32,479 nt of DNA, taken from NCBI GenBank assembly GCA_030141605.1, contig JAQGDQ010001615.1, forward strand, positions 1 through 32,479. Direction: 5' to 3'. Under the pieces are notes generated by a model. It worked only from the letters and a program-made list of their open reading frames with translations. It was not told where the DNA came from and did no database searches. Shown in pieces: positions 11,972-24,829 of this stretch. A program made the translations under genes and the position numbers. The DNA comes from Tubiluchus corallicola (taxonomy: Eukaryota > Animalia > Priapulida). Every line of letters begins with the position of its first letter. Position 1 is the stretch's first letter.

Positions 11972-12509
11972 TAATATTAAATGTATATAATTATAAATAC
12001 ACATACAAATGAGTTATTTACATCAAAGATTTAATAGAAAAAGCTTGTTCATGCGTAGTATAGATTTATGTATGAGTAATTTCATACCAAATTATCGTTC
12101 GTGCTACAAAATTATCTTATCAATCTATGAGACTCACCCATTTAAAGTAAATTAAGGCTGTGGATGTCATTAATAAGCAATGATATCATCTTGCTTTTTG
12201 AACAAATTAAATGAAACTACTAAAAATCTGTATACTAGAGATAAACAGCAATAAACAACGATAAAGGTAAAATAAAGGTTTACTGCCTCACTGTTGAATG
12301 TTGAATTTACAAGAACCGCACAGCAATGCCAACATTTCTGTAAGATGAACGTCTCACACTGTTAGTGTTACTAAGATGTTGTAACATCCAGCTAGGGGTC
12401 ACAAATCTGACATTTCACGTTAATTTTTCTCAGTTTTTGTGTAGTTCTTGTGAAAAAAGTAGAAAAGCAAAAGAAAGAAGAAAAAGCGAAGACACAAAAT
12501 TTTCTGCGT

Positions 12510-12629
12510 TTACATGTCATTTGAAAATTCGAACTCGGAACCTCCGTGCTCAGATACTGTCAGCTCGTCCGTGTGGCTAAGTCCTTCACTGGATGGTAAC
12601 TGCTTCGTATTAAAGGAAAATGGCCAAGT
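12510..12629 (-). CDS. TCF21: TCF21/musculin (MyoR)-family bHLH factor, coding exon 2
   Basis: Acceptor ttttttgcag|ACT TGG CCA TTT gives TWPFSFNTKQLPSSEGLSHTDELTVSEHGGSEFEFSNDM*. This completes the family motif HPxNL-TWPF in phase 0 with exon 1. Confidence 0.92.
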   Translation of the reverse strand, partial: TWPFSFNTKQLPSSEGLSHTDELTVSEHGGSEFEFSNDM

Positions 12630-12760
12630 CTGCAAAAAAACTTCAGTAATTAGTTATTATAATCTTAATGTCAAGATTGCTATCAATGATGGTAAAAGTC
12701 CACTATTAATTAAATTTTGGTACAAAATTTAAAAGGCTGGAAATGTGATAAAGTTGCAAC

Positions 12761-12834
12761 GCAAAAAACTGGATTTGCAGCACAGATTTTCTGCTTAAAA
12801 GATACGTGCCTTAAACCACTAGGCCACTGTATTC
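12761..12834 (-). mobile_element. Degenerate tRNA-derived (SINE head-like) sequence
   Basis: Minus strand reads gaatacagTGGCCTAGTGGtttaaggc (A box) ... gtgctgcaaatcc (decayed B box). Confidence 0.5.
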
Positions 12835-12914
12835 GGCAGTAATCAAGGTAGTCTAAAATTCTTCTCTTACAGAACACTTCCCGACGTTGACGTTTGGATT
12901 GGTTTGATCACTGA

Positions 12915-12991
12915 AGAGTACGATGCCTTAGCAGTCTAAGGCGTCTCCCTTGAATACAAAAGGTCCCGTGTTCAAATCCACCTTGTATTCC
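12915..12991 (+). mobile_element. Degenerate tRNA-derived (SINE head-like) sequence
   Basis: gagtacgatgccttagcagtctaaggc (A-box-like) ... GTTCAAATCC (B box). The ends gagtacga/ttgtattc can pair like an acceptor stem. Confidence 0.55.
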
Positions 12992-13625
12992 AACTCTCTC
13001 ACATTTCCTGTCTTTTAGGTTTGGTACCAAAATTTAGTTAATTCTGGATTGCACCAACTTGCACTACACTGCTATGTAATTCTATATTGTTATCTCTTTT
13101 CAAGATAAAAATAAATATTGCGATGGACTAATTTCTCGGTGCATCATATAGGATTTCACTATAACTTATATTATTTGATAACAAGGAGCAGAATTTTTGC
13201 TTTGTTTAATCAATCAATCTTCACTAATCAAACATAAATAAAAGGCGAAGACCCTGTTTTTGATCTCTCGTTTCTGAAATGATTTGTTTGTGATCAAGAA
13301 CCACCAAGAATCAATATTCAGTTCACTTCACTTTTAAGTAGAACAACTATTGTCAAAATTAAGTTGATCAAAGATAAAAAATCTAATCGCTCCACAATCG
13401 GTACACAGCTAATTGATAAAAAAGCAGCAAGCTGGCCAAAAGTTGTCGAAAAGCCCCAAAATGCGTATAAACTTCGACGTGTTGATTTGAATTATTCAAT
13501 TAGATTGACTTGGTTTTGTCTTATATCAATCCCTACTGTCATTGCAAGCCACACTTCCAAATTAAGGTTTGGCAAACATGTGTAGAGTGAGTTATATCTA
13601 TAGACACGTTACTATTTGTTTGCAT

Positions 13626-13926
13626 ATTTACAGCTTCATTAACAAATCGATGATAGAATCCTGCATTTGCGAATCCAGTTATACGCATGACCGGATGGAA
13701 ATTGGACACCTATGCGCTATGGCTCTATTTCATAGACGTTTAAAAAACGGAAAACTCACTAGTAAAATGTAAAATAATGAAGTTTCCAATGAACTTCCCA
13801 TGCAGAACTCAATTCGATGGTTTTGTTGTCGATGATACCATGTTTGCCAACAACATACAGTGGGTGATATTTTAATTCCCAGTTTTTGCCACAGCGCCTC
13901 ATGGGCTGGTTTAAATGGCTAATTCA
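13626..13926 (-). repeat. ~300-bp interspersed repeat, copy 1 (inverted relative to 14457-14780)
   Basis: Shares exact blocks aatccagttatacgcatgaccgga and cactagtaaaatgtaaaat with the reverse complement of copy 2. Confidence 0.9.
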
Positions 13927-14152
13927 GTAACTAAATCATCTATCAACATACGTTACACAAATATACACCACAGGGCGTAGAGTTAACGTTTCATACAATA
14001 ACAGTAGATGATGCGCTAGTAATGTGATACATTGGTCAGCATCCGGTCAAAGGATGGGCCTTAAACAAGATTTTCTAAACGTTTAACTAGCTTTTAAAAG
14101 TTGAGTTTATTTAATGTAATGCTTTGTGAGAATCTGAACTTATAATAGAATA

Positions 14153-14452
<300 letters not shown>

Positions 14453-14456
14453 CGTA

Positions 14457-14780
14457 TGAATTGGCCATATAAACCAGTCATCCATTAGGCGCTGTGGCAA
14501 GAATTCGAAATTAAAACATCACGCGCTGTATGTTGTTGTCAAACAAGGTATCATGGACAACAAAACTTCATCAAATTAAGTTCTGCACGAGAAGTTCGTT
14601 GGAAACATCAACATTTTACATTTTACTAGTGTGCTTTTCCTTTTTTCACACATCTATGAAATAAAACTATAACCAATAGATGGCGCTTCCGGTGACGTGT
14701 CCAATTTCATTCCGGTCATGCGTATAACTGGATTCCCAAATGCAGGATTCTATTAGCGATTCGTTAATGAAACTGTAAAT
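14457..14780 (+). repeat. ~320-bp interspersed repeat, copy 2
   Basis: Inverted, diverged match to 13626-13926. Embedded between tetranucleotide tracts. Confidence 0.9.
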
Positions 14781-15322
14781 TAGTAAGGAAGTAAGGAAGT
14801 AAGTAACTAAGTAGGTAGGTAGCAAAAAGGCGGTAGGCAGGCCTGCAGGTTGGTAGGTACAGGTAGTGAGTGAGTGAGTGAGTGAGTGAGTGAGTAAATA
14901 AGTAAGTTTTTACGCGAATAAATGTTTGGATAAATAAAGTAAGTTTAGATAAAAAAATGAGTAAACAGTATAGTAACTAATTAGGACGTAATTTACTGGT
15001 TGGAATAAATTGACAAATTTAAAAAAGTCACTGCTTTTAACGCCATTGCCCCCCCCCCATTCCTACATTCCATCTTCACGACTGAAGTCCACCCTTCAAA
15101 CTGACAGTCATCTTTGCAGCCATCAGTTTGTGTGTGGCATTCGCCCCCAGGTTATTTTGTCCCACGTTTTACAAACAGGCGTAAACATTTTCATAAAACC
15201 GCAAGTAATAACTGTTACAATATAAACTTGTTAAAATTGTGGGGAAACTGTTACTAACGTTTACACTGTTTAGACGGTTTTATGACAGCGCCTACAGGAA
15301 GAACAACACAGCCACCCGCAAC

Positions 15323-15515
15323 TATGATTAATTTGAACAGTGAACATTACATAAACAAAGCCAGTCATGATTTGAACAGTGCGGAACATTCTGTAAATCA
15401 AAAAGCGAGTCATGACTTGAACTGTGAATATTATATATGTTATTTTACATTATGTTAATTATGTAATGAATCATGAACGAGTCATGAATGAGCTTCGGAC
15501 ATTGCATAAACAAAA
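15323..15515. repeat. Short diverged ~40-bp tandem repeat (3-4 units)
   Basis: Recurring agtcatga(t/c)ttgaac(a/t)gtg..aacatt..ataaacaaa. Confidence 0.55.
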
Positions 15516-15996
15516 ACTAGTAGTACTGTAAATGATAGTATACGTTATGCTTGCTCAATGAAGAAATTGTTGTTGAATTAGCGACTTAATACAGAAATAC
15601 AGCAGAAATTAATATAGCTAGAACTTCCTAGTAGTTTCAACAGTTTTCAAATGGCTTCCGGCGTGAATGTGTCGACACCAACCAGTCGAACAACCAAGCA
15701 GGCAAGCAAGAAACCCGCAAGTATTTTGTCAACCAGTACAGCAACAATATAGCAAGCCAATTACTTAAGCAACCAACAAAGGCGATCCAACCAGTTAACT
15801 AATTAACTAGCTGCTGGTTAACCAGCAACCTACTAACCAAACTACCAACCGATCATCAACCCAACAGCTAAGCAGCCAATAAAAATAAACAATCGACGTA
15901 CCGACTGACAAACTAATCAACCAGCTGACGGAATGGTTCACGGACAGCCAAGCAGGCAGCTAACTGGCCAAAAAAAGAACAAACCGGCTTCACTAC

Positions 15997-16520
15997 TTAT
16001 TTATTATTTTTTGATTTGCTATTTATTAGGCACAAAATATATACATTTACTCATTAGTAAAACATAAACAGTAAAATTATATAACCCTGCTCAGTACGAC
16101 AGTTTTGTTTACGACTGTGTGCCATGGATGATAGCAAGTAACTAAGTCATCGAACAGATCACTGCCTGTCATCGAACCTGAAGTAAGTACATAGAATTAG
16201 AATAAAAATTAAAACATCGTAAAAATTACATAAAGTATTTAAGACAACTTACACAAATGACAAAACGTATCTACAAATAAGATAAACTGGAAATTAAATT
16301 AAATCCCAAAAAGAAGTAAGCTGTAGTTTACGAAGTTAAAAGCATGACAGCATGTTTGAATGATGACAACGATGTCATTTGAATTACGTCTACAGGAACT
16401 CGTTTTACAGGTGAGAGAATCTGTTGCAAAATAAGGCCTGCAGACAGATGGTTCTATCGGGTTGACCTTGAATACGACCACTGATTATGTAATTCATGGC
16501 GGAAGAAACAGTGCATTGCC
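15997..16520 (-). mobile_element. Decayed CR1/L2-type LINE 3' end
   Basis: Minus strand gives FCNRFSHL..PVDVIQMTSLSSFKHAV, resembling the CR1/L2 terminal WNxLP..V..SLxxFK motif. An aataaat-rich tail lies near 16000-16030. Confidence 0.55.
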
Positions 16521-18165
16521 TTTATATCCAAAAACAATAATTGAAAGTAATAACTTTTAAATGACAAAATCCGATCTCGTACATGATAGTAAGTACGCTG
16601 TGGTATAGTTTACATTTCTAATAGCAGAATAGCTGAAGAAAAACAGCAATGCCACCACTTAACCTCACATGCACTGACCCGGGGTTATTTAATGTAAATA
16701 CGAACCCTCAACTAATACAGGGACTTACTAAAAACCATTTTACGGATTTCATCCGAAATTTTGTTTAGCCGAAGCGTTCCTGATGCTGAAAGATCGGTTA
16801 CCTAGCGACTAAGGATGAAGAAAGAAGATAAACATTTATGCACAGATGCTGCATTTAGTGGAAAATGTGAAAAAAATGTGAAGAGAACTCCATCAAAATC
16901 AAATTAGTCAGAATGGGTGGCAAAGAGGAGATCATTTGCTTATACAAATGTTGAATGTTAAACTGCCTGCTCAGTTTGAAAGCGGCAGGCATTAAAATAC
17001 AAAAAAACTTGTTACTAACAATAATTCTAACACTAAAAACGACTTACGATATGTAAAACTAATTTCGTTGAGGCATTTTCTTAAAATTAACTGACGCATT
17101 AATTAACCGATTAATCTAATAGTTTTCTTTTGTTCTAGAGAATACTTGCATGGTTAAGAAGATTCGGAACTGAACATTTGACATGTATAGGCTGTTATAA
17201 TAGAGTTTCATAAGTCACTCACCAGTTTCAATTTCAATTAGTAATTCAAATTTTTCTAGCACCTACATTTTAAAATTTGTCATTTCTGCTGCGACCGTGC
17301 TGTCTTCAAAGCAGAGGTGTAAGTTCGTTGCATGCTTATTGGTTATAAAAGAAAAGAGCGCGTTATAAGGCGTATTAAAATCATCACAATAGATTTATGA
17401 AGCCAAACTTGATGTCACTGAAATTCTCACCAATCGTAGACTCCATTTCATTCTCGTGATAATAATGAAGTAATAAGGTTTTTTAAACGCTCGAGGTGTA
17501 GAGTTGCATAAATTGTACATTACAGAATTACAGCAATTAAGATTTCAAGAAATCCTGAAATTTTACAGCATTAACACCCGAAAGATCTCATTTTGGATAA
17601 AAAATGTCAATGTTCTCAGGAAGAACCAAATAGTCAAAATATTTACGATTTTCAATAAATTAACTTGACATGCTAAATACAACTGTGTGATGTGACAAAA
17701 TGTACGTTAATATAATTGCCTCTTTAATACGATATCCAAATAACGAAAACAAAACACAGTTGCAATTACTATTATTACTGTGTAATACCGATGACAAACT
17801 TTTCATTTCTTAGCGCACATAACAATATAGGCGGTGTCTCAATAACTGTTTGATAGCGTGTGGTTTTTCTGTATCATTACATGCGTTGTAATGTTGTTAC
17901 ATGTACATATAATCATTCTCACATTGAAATTGGATCACACTGTCATGAAGAATAAGTCATCCACTTTTGATAATCCACTTTTATGTAGCACAAATGCCTT
18001 GGACTAATGTTAATTTAATATAGCCACATTACTGCATAACAAATTTAATAAGCTATCATGGACGATCCAGTAGTATTATATGTTTTATAACTAACTATTA
18101 ATTTATTGACGTTTCATTCATGCATGATGTTTCGTGTTTTCCTTAACCTTTCAGAAAGGACCATC

Positions 18166-18293
<128 letters not shown>

Positions 18294-18558
18294 TGTGGGA
18301 ATTTATTTGTTTTATATAGTTTCTATTTGCAATGCTTGTTAAAGTATTTTTCGATTTTTTTTCTTGGCCAGAATTATAATTACTTTTTTATAATTACAAA
18401 CCGCGGGAAAGTACTAATCTATTAAATTCTATTATAAGGACAAACTCTAATTAGTAAACATTTTATTAGTAATTAAAGTACTTATTACCAATCATTATTA
18501 TTAATATTTAAGTTTATAAATAAATAGAAATAAATCAATATTAATATATCCTTCATAC

Positions 18559-18843
18559 CAAGTTTAGTGGATGAATGCTGCAATTATCTGCTGTTTCTTC
18601 TTCAAGAATTTGTTTTAAATGAGCAATGTAGCTTGCTGCTAGCCGTAAAGTATCCAGCTTGGAAAGTTTAGTGTCTGGCGGTACCCATGGCAGTGTGGTT
18701 TTCAATCGTCCAAACGCTTTACTGAGTACCCTCATTCGAGCCCGCTCACGGGCGTTGGCAGCATTGCGTTGGATAGGCTTCCCTTCCTTGTCTAGTTTAA
18801 TTTTTTCCTCCTGCACCACTTCTTCCTTCTTTCGTCTTGCCAT
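18559..18843 (-). CDS. TCF21: TCF21/musculin (MyoR, capsulin)-family bHLH transcription factor, coding exon 1
   Basis: [62 protein letters not shown] is nearly identical to the TCF21/MSC bHLH. Start context gctATGG. Donor TTG|gtatga at 18558. Confidence 0.96.
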
Positions 18844-18879
18844 AGCCGCAGAGTCGTTTCAACTTGGACTTCGTGGAAT

Positions 18880-18945
18880 GGATCACGTGTTTTTAACGAG
18901 CCACGCAATTCGAGGTCAACTCATTGCGAGGTCAAGGTCACTCAG
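18880..18945 (-). promoter_or_regulatory. Candidate proximal promoter of the bHLH gene
   Basis: E-box CACGTG at 18884-18889, TATA-like TTAAAAA (minus strand, ~18890-18896) and three AGGTCA half-sites at 18913, 18929 and 18935. Confidence 0.55.
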
Positions 18946-19317
18946 TCGCAACGGTTACGTGCTAACTTATTTAACAAATGGCAGTAGCATATTTTTAATG
19001 AATACAGCTGTAGCTACAAGCTCACAAGAATGTCGCTTCAGACGCAGTTACATAAACTGTTAAAAGCAAGCTTCAACCACCTAAACAAAGAGATTTAATT
19101 GAAGTAATAGTTATAAATCAAACAGAAGTAATAATACAGAGAAAATGGGTGCAAATGACAACAGCAACGATGACAATAACAACAACTAATTAAGCACCAA
19201 CGTTTTCTAATTCTTTTAAACATTAGCAAATTACAATAAAGTGCTTTCGTTTTTGAAATTTTTGCAGATTTATTTATTTCACATAAACGCAAATACAAGA
19301 GAGCCAGCCTCTAATGA

Positions 19318-19861
19318 TCAACACGGTGTTTATTAGCGCAGACGATCGTTTCAACAGCAACTGTCATTGTCAACGCTAGAATCAAGCCAAAACATAATAT
19401 TATAATGAGTACAATTCATGATACTACTAACCAAGACAAAATATCATTACACAATGCAAAAGTGAAATTAAATTGTCAGTATATCAGAGGTTCTCACATA
19501 AAGAAAACTATAAAGAAAACGTAAAAATTTACTTTATATATCAGATTCAGTTTTGTTCCCCATTAAGTAGACTTTACTTTTTGTTAACTAATTCTTTGCT
19601 AGTTGTTGTAATCCTTACCTGAATCTGATGTACCATTTTTACGTTTTCTTTACAGTTTTCTTTATGTGAGAACCTCTGGTATTCTGATAATTTAACTTCA
19701 CTTTTGCATTGTGCTTTGATATTTTATGCCTTGATTAATTGTAACATAAATCGCCTCCGATGGTAATGGTACTGATTATAATATTATGTTCTGGCCTGAT
19801 TCTAGCATTCAAAATGACGTTACTGTCGTCTCCAGACTATCACTAATCGACACCACATTGA
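19318..19861. repeat. Long inverted repeat (foldback): arms 19318-19550 and 19619-19861, 68-bp spacer
   Basis: For example, cagaggttctcacataaagaaaactataaagaaaacgtaaaaat pairs with atttttacgttttctttacagttttctttatgtgagaacctctg (1 mismatch). Confidence 0.93.
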
Positions 19862-20624
19862 CAGATACAACTGTTAACAATGAGTACAAATAAAATTGTT
19901 CCTTCCAGTTATTAGGTTCCTCACATTATTACTACAAGTACTGATTAGATTTATACTTTATACAATATTTGTACGATAATTAATTACTTAAATTGTTTGT
20001 CTTGCATGCATTAAAGAGGATAATCTCCTAAAAAACTCTTATTTATTATATTAACGGCATAATTAATTACCATATCTACGTCCTTATTATTAAAACCCTT
20101 TGAAAAACAGAAGTTACAAACAAACACGTTAAAACTTCCAAGAAATTTGTTTCTCACACTAAATGAATCACACACGTTGAAGATGCCATGAGCAATATGC
20201 CTAATTACCGCCTCGATTTACTAACGTTTAGTTGGGGGCGTGTGTCCTTGTATGTTTAGAGAATTTAGCCAACCACGCTTCGATTACCCCTCGTCAAAAC
20301 AGCATCGTGAGGTGTCAATTACAAACTCCACGGTCGGAGGGTGTCCGTTACCATCGGAGGCGATTACAAAACAGAAACTGAGAAGCTTGTGCACTCGGAG
20401 GGGTTTCTCGCTCTCATGATCAGATTCTTTCACTTTAGTGTGCTGTAGCTCTTCTGGAGAAATTTTATATAAATTATTTCATTCTGTATTTCATTAATGT
20501 AGAGGTTAGTTTGGTGACAGGCAAAATACATACACACCTTGGACTTGGTATAGCCTAATCTTTTTTCAAGAATGTTGCCAAAGTAATAGTAAATGTAATA
20601 ATTATAGCTACAGTAGATATACTT

Positions 20625-20706
20625 TGATGATGACGAAGAAGATGATGGTGGTGCTGACGACAACGACGACGGTGACGATAATGACGACCTTGATGATGAT
20701 GATGAT
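20625..20706. repeat. Degenerate (GAT/GAC)n microsatellite
   Basis: Read directly. Confidence 0.9.
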
Positions 20707-22139
20707 TCAAATTTTTTATCCTGCAATGGTTGAGTTAACTGCTCGTATTAAATTCAGAAGTTCCTTATTCGAGTCCAGACCTTCCATGGCTTTTCGACTT
20801 ATCTTCACGCGCAGGGGGTTACATGATGGTTTAGAATGTTTAACTTCTCTGAACCGCCTACATCATTCATGTAATATTCATTTTACTCAGTTGTTATAGG
20901 CCTGATAGGCTACAAGTTGCTTCATGTAACATTTTTTTCTGTCTATTTGTTGCATTTTATTCACTGTAATAGGCTTACTTTTTATTGTACAACATCTGAA
21001 ACTTTCATATAGATGTTCAAACTGACACATGAATTTTGTAATGTCAGAAGTACAAAAAACACAAAATCACTGCCAAAACAACTAGTCTGAAAGTGAAGCA
21101 TTGAATTACTCGCACGCACGCACGCACCACGCAAAAATGAACATATAAACTCACGCACGAACACACGCATGCACTCACGCACAAATGTTTGGCTCGCATG
21201 TAAAATGTACAAACTTTAGTAAGATGCTGTGTTGCGGGTGATGCCCCTCTTTAAGTTATTCACAAACAATATACTTGAACAACGAGAACGAAAACAAAAA
21301 CGTCTTAGCGAAACAGACTTCTTTACAGGTTACTTCGCAAGCGAGTAACCAGAAATAGAAGAAACCGATTAGTAAAGTTACGAATTGTTAAGAAAGGACA
21401 AATGCTTTAGAACACGCATTCATGCGTAAATACTTTTTAAAATCTCGCTCCTATTCTCTAAAATTGTTGCTGAATCTCGGCAGCCAAACATCTCTTGCAA
21501 CAACAATGTTGGGATTCCGGTAGATGACGGTTTTTTGTTTATATAGTATTAATTGGCGCCAGTCTGATCCTCTTGAGCCCTACATGAACTAGCTAAGATA
21601 AATACGCACCCAAGAATTGCGATAGCAGCGCCTCAGCGGGACGTTTGGGAAGTTCTTCTGAATAAATTTGTCAGAATCGCTAAAAATTGAAAAATCACAA
21701 TAATTATAGAGGCTAGTAAGTAACCAAAGTAATACCATCTTTGTTTGATTGTTTTACACTGTAATTTTTATATTTGTTCGTTTATTTGTTTGTTTGTTTG
21801 CTTTGAGTGAACATATAACAAACAAACCAACAGAACGTTCAGACGTTCCTTTATCTCCTCTTTCTTTATTTTTTGTGTTATCATTTGCTTCTTCGTCTGC
21901 TTGACTGCTTGCTTGTTAAAGACTTGATTGGCGTGTTTGTTTGTTCATTCGTTCGTTCATTCGTGCGTTTATTTATTTGTTCATTATTAACATTGTTGTC
22001 ACTTTCAGTTAGTTCAGGTAAGATACCATCATCGTAACCACCGTATCCGTACAGCAGCTGTAACAATATATGACAGTTGTGACTGACAATCATGAGAGAA
22101 TTGTGTCAGTTACTACACTGAAAGAAGAAAGGTGCTGCG

Positions 22140-22552
22140 CAGAGGCGTATTAATTAATAGGCTAACTAGGCTATAGGCTAGGGCGCCAAAGTTTGAGGAG
22201 CGCCATATTTTAAACGCCTAATTTTGAAAAAAAATCTTATTCTCCTCGGAAATTGTGTATCTGTTCATATTCATGTAAAACAAGCATTGTATAACTAACA
22301 CACAACAAGCAGTTATGGAGACCAGTTGCTATATAAGTGCAATATATCGAAGAAGTACAAGGTACTACGTAACAAGCAATTGCCCAGCCTGTTTGTGTGT
22401 CAGCGCAGTTCATATACACGTAATTAACAATGACAATACACCGCAAGTAATTGTTTAATTTGTTCACTACATAATCAATCATAAATTCACAGCACAGATG
22501 AGCGGGACAGATCTATCAGCCTACGGCGTCGTGAAGTTTTGATACGCCCCTG
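22140..22552. mobile_element. hAT-superfamily non-autonomous element (MITE), 413 bp
   Basis: TIRs CAGAGGCGTAT / ATACGCCCCTG. Perfect 8-bp TSD GTGCTGCG at 22132-22139 and 22553-22560. Confidence 0.92.
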
Positions 22553-23589
22553 GTGCTGCGGCAGAAAGAAATTTTAAAAGAGATACTATTGCATAGTAAG
22601 CGACGGCAGTGGCTCTGTTCTTGCTACTCAACAGCATGACAGTGTAAAAATATTCAAATCAAAGATTTAAAAACCCGAGCGTCTAGTTAGACCGTGCACG
22701 TTACACTACTTTTCAAAGTACTATTCACTTTTACATACTATCACTAATGAATCTTACAATGTTATGCATGTACACTATCAGGCCTAATCATGTGTAACTT
22801 ACTGATGTTGTCTGTGAATGATCTAATGTTAATTTAGGCCTTCTTAACTCGTTATGATTAGTTACGATTAATTCTGAAGAACTAAATCATGGTTAAATTG
22901 TACTATCTGCATTATCGTTTTAAAAACATCCTGTTTACAAGGTTAAACAGCGCATGCGCACACGCTTTCAAGATTCCCAAGCTTACAATAATAAACTCTA
23001 CGCAACACGCAGGTGCATGATGATCACGCAGCTTCTCTGATGTTATGAAATTAAAGATTGGTGTCGGTTGGAAGCTGTCGACTAGAGAATACATCAAAGA
23101 AAGCTTCCGCCAAACGTAAAAGATTGAATCTCAAAATCCAGCAGTGCACCGGCCATCTTGTTTATTACTTTTCGCTCCATGGAATTACTGTTTTTGTTAT
23201 TCTTTGTTATTCATCTGCAGTTTTTTAGTTTTTTTGATAATTTTTTATTGCCAATTGACCATTATGAGTTCAATATTTTATTATGCTAAGGAAGAAATTA
23301 AAACAAAGACAGATGTCACCACCTTTGTGAAAATGGCTGAATACTGGGGATTGTGCGTCCAAAAGTTAAAACAAATACGACAACATGTTTAGTCACATGA
23401 AACAAACCGCCGATGGGAAATTGTTTAACTTTAGGTTTCATCACTTACGAATCACCACCAAGTTGAAGGGTAATTGAAACTTGCATGTGTGCTTGTGCTT
23501 ATTCACAAAGTTCACAACGGGCATGATTCGGAAATTAAAAGCTTTCATTGAACTACATAAACCAGTTGCTGAAATGTTGTTGCTGCTGA

Positions 23590-23935
23590 TGGCCGTGGTG
23601 GTGATCACGGCATTGTGGTACTGTGGTGGCGACATTAGCATTGTGGTTATGGTGGTAGTGATGGTTGTAGTGGTGGCGGTTGCAGTCGTTTTCATTCATC
23701 ATTATCAGCATCGTTATCTTTCATTATCATCGTCCTCGTCATCATCATCATTATCATCATCAGCATCCTTAGAAAGAACATCATTATCGTCATGAAAGGA
23801 CCAGTTTGCTTTGACGGCAATTACTGCTGTAGCCTTAGAGTTACCATTAGCGTTATCGTGATCATCACGGTTCTCCGGTATGAACATTATCAATACCATC
23901 ATTGTTGTCATCACCTTCATTATCGTTGCCGCAGT

Positions 23936-23980
<45 letters not shown>

Positions 23981-23990
23981 GTCATCGTTG
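23590..23990. repeat. Compound (GTG)/(CAT)n trinucleotide low-complexity region
   Basis: Pure (CAT)n at ~23936-23980 with degenerate flanks. Confidence 0.9.
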
Positions 23991-24829
23991 TTTGAACATT
24001 GCGTTTCAATAAGTATGTTTATGCTACAGTTGAATTTTATTGCCATTGAAGCTCTGCCTAGTTTACTTATTACTGTGTTCAAGGTTAAGGCAAATTTCAC
24101 TCGGTTGTCACCCCTCCATTTACTGGCCAAGCCAGGCAATGCTTAGCTACTATGACTATTCAGCTACATACCACTATGATATTAAATGTTGATTGTTTTA
24201 TGAAAACAAAAATGAAAGTTTTTGCCCACATAAATACGCGAAGGGTATTTTTGAATATAACATGTAAATAAAACTAAATTTATTGCTGACACGCGTGCAA
24301 GCTTGCTAGATGATAGTTAAACCAGTGAAAATATTCAAAGTTTGTGCAATGTTCGCTCATACGACACAGGCAATTAATTAAATACTTAATAAATAAAACT
24401 GGAGCATTTAAACTGCTTAAAGTCTATTCATGATGTGTTATTAGTGCTGATATTAAAAAGACTTTGGCAATATTGTTGAAGCTCCTTGGATAAAACGTCT
24501 CCGTGTCTGACGATTCCTTCACTGGCTGCTTGTTCTTTGATCAGAGACTGATGAAACTGGACAATGACGATAAAGAACGTGCAGACACCGCTCACTATCT
24601 GAAAATATGAAATTAAATTAAATGCACAACTGTGCAACTTTAATTATACAGTTTTAAGTCTGAACGCAATGTAATCTGAACGCCTTTTAATGACAACAAA
24701 ACTCTGCTTTTAGGAGCTTCCTTTAGTAAATATCTAATCGTACTGGAACATTTCTAAATGTTATACTTACTATAAACGCAAAGTTCCGATTAATGACATA
24801 AAACTTCCAGATTGTGAAACCGATTGATC

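Noticed and set aside
12514-12732. Plus-strand 72-aa ORF
   Set aside because: Antisense shadow of exon 2.
12915-12991. Functional tRNA gene
   Set aside because: The A box is degenerate and there is no convincing anticodon stem.
16964-16991. TGCCTGC..GCAGGCA hairpin as a Helitron end or terminator
   Set aside because: Short stem, no following CTRR, and no other element features.
18553-18843. Single-exon 96-aa bHLH gene
   Set aside because: The final V* is read-through into the GT donor. The TWPF exon exists at 12629-12510.
18659-19063. 134-aa plus-strand ORF
   Set aside because: Antisense shadow of bHLH exon 1 and its promoter, with no recognisable domain.
22114-22646. TA-CACTG...CAGTG-TA element enclosing the hAT MITE
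   Set aside because: The inverted match is only 5-7 bp and could arise by chance.
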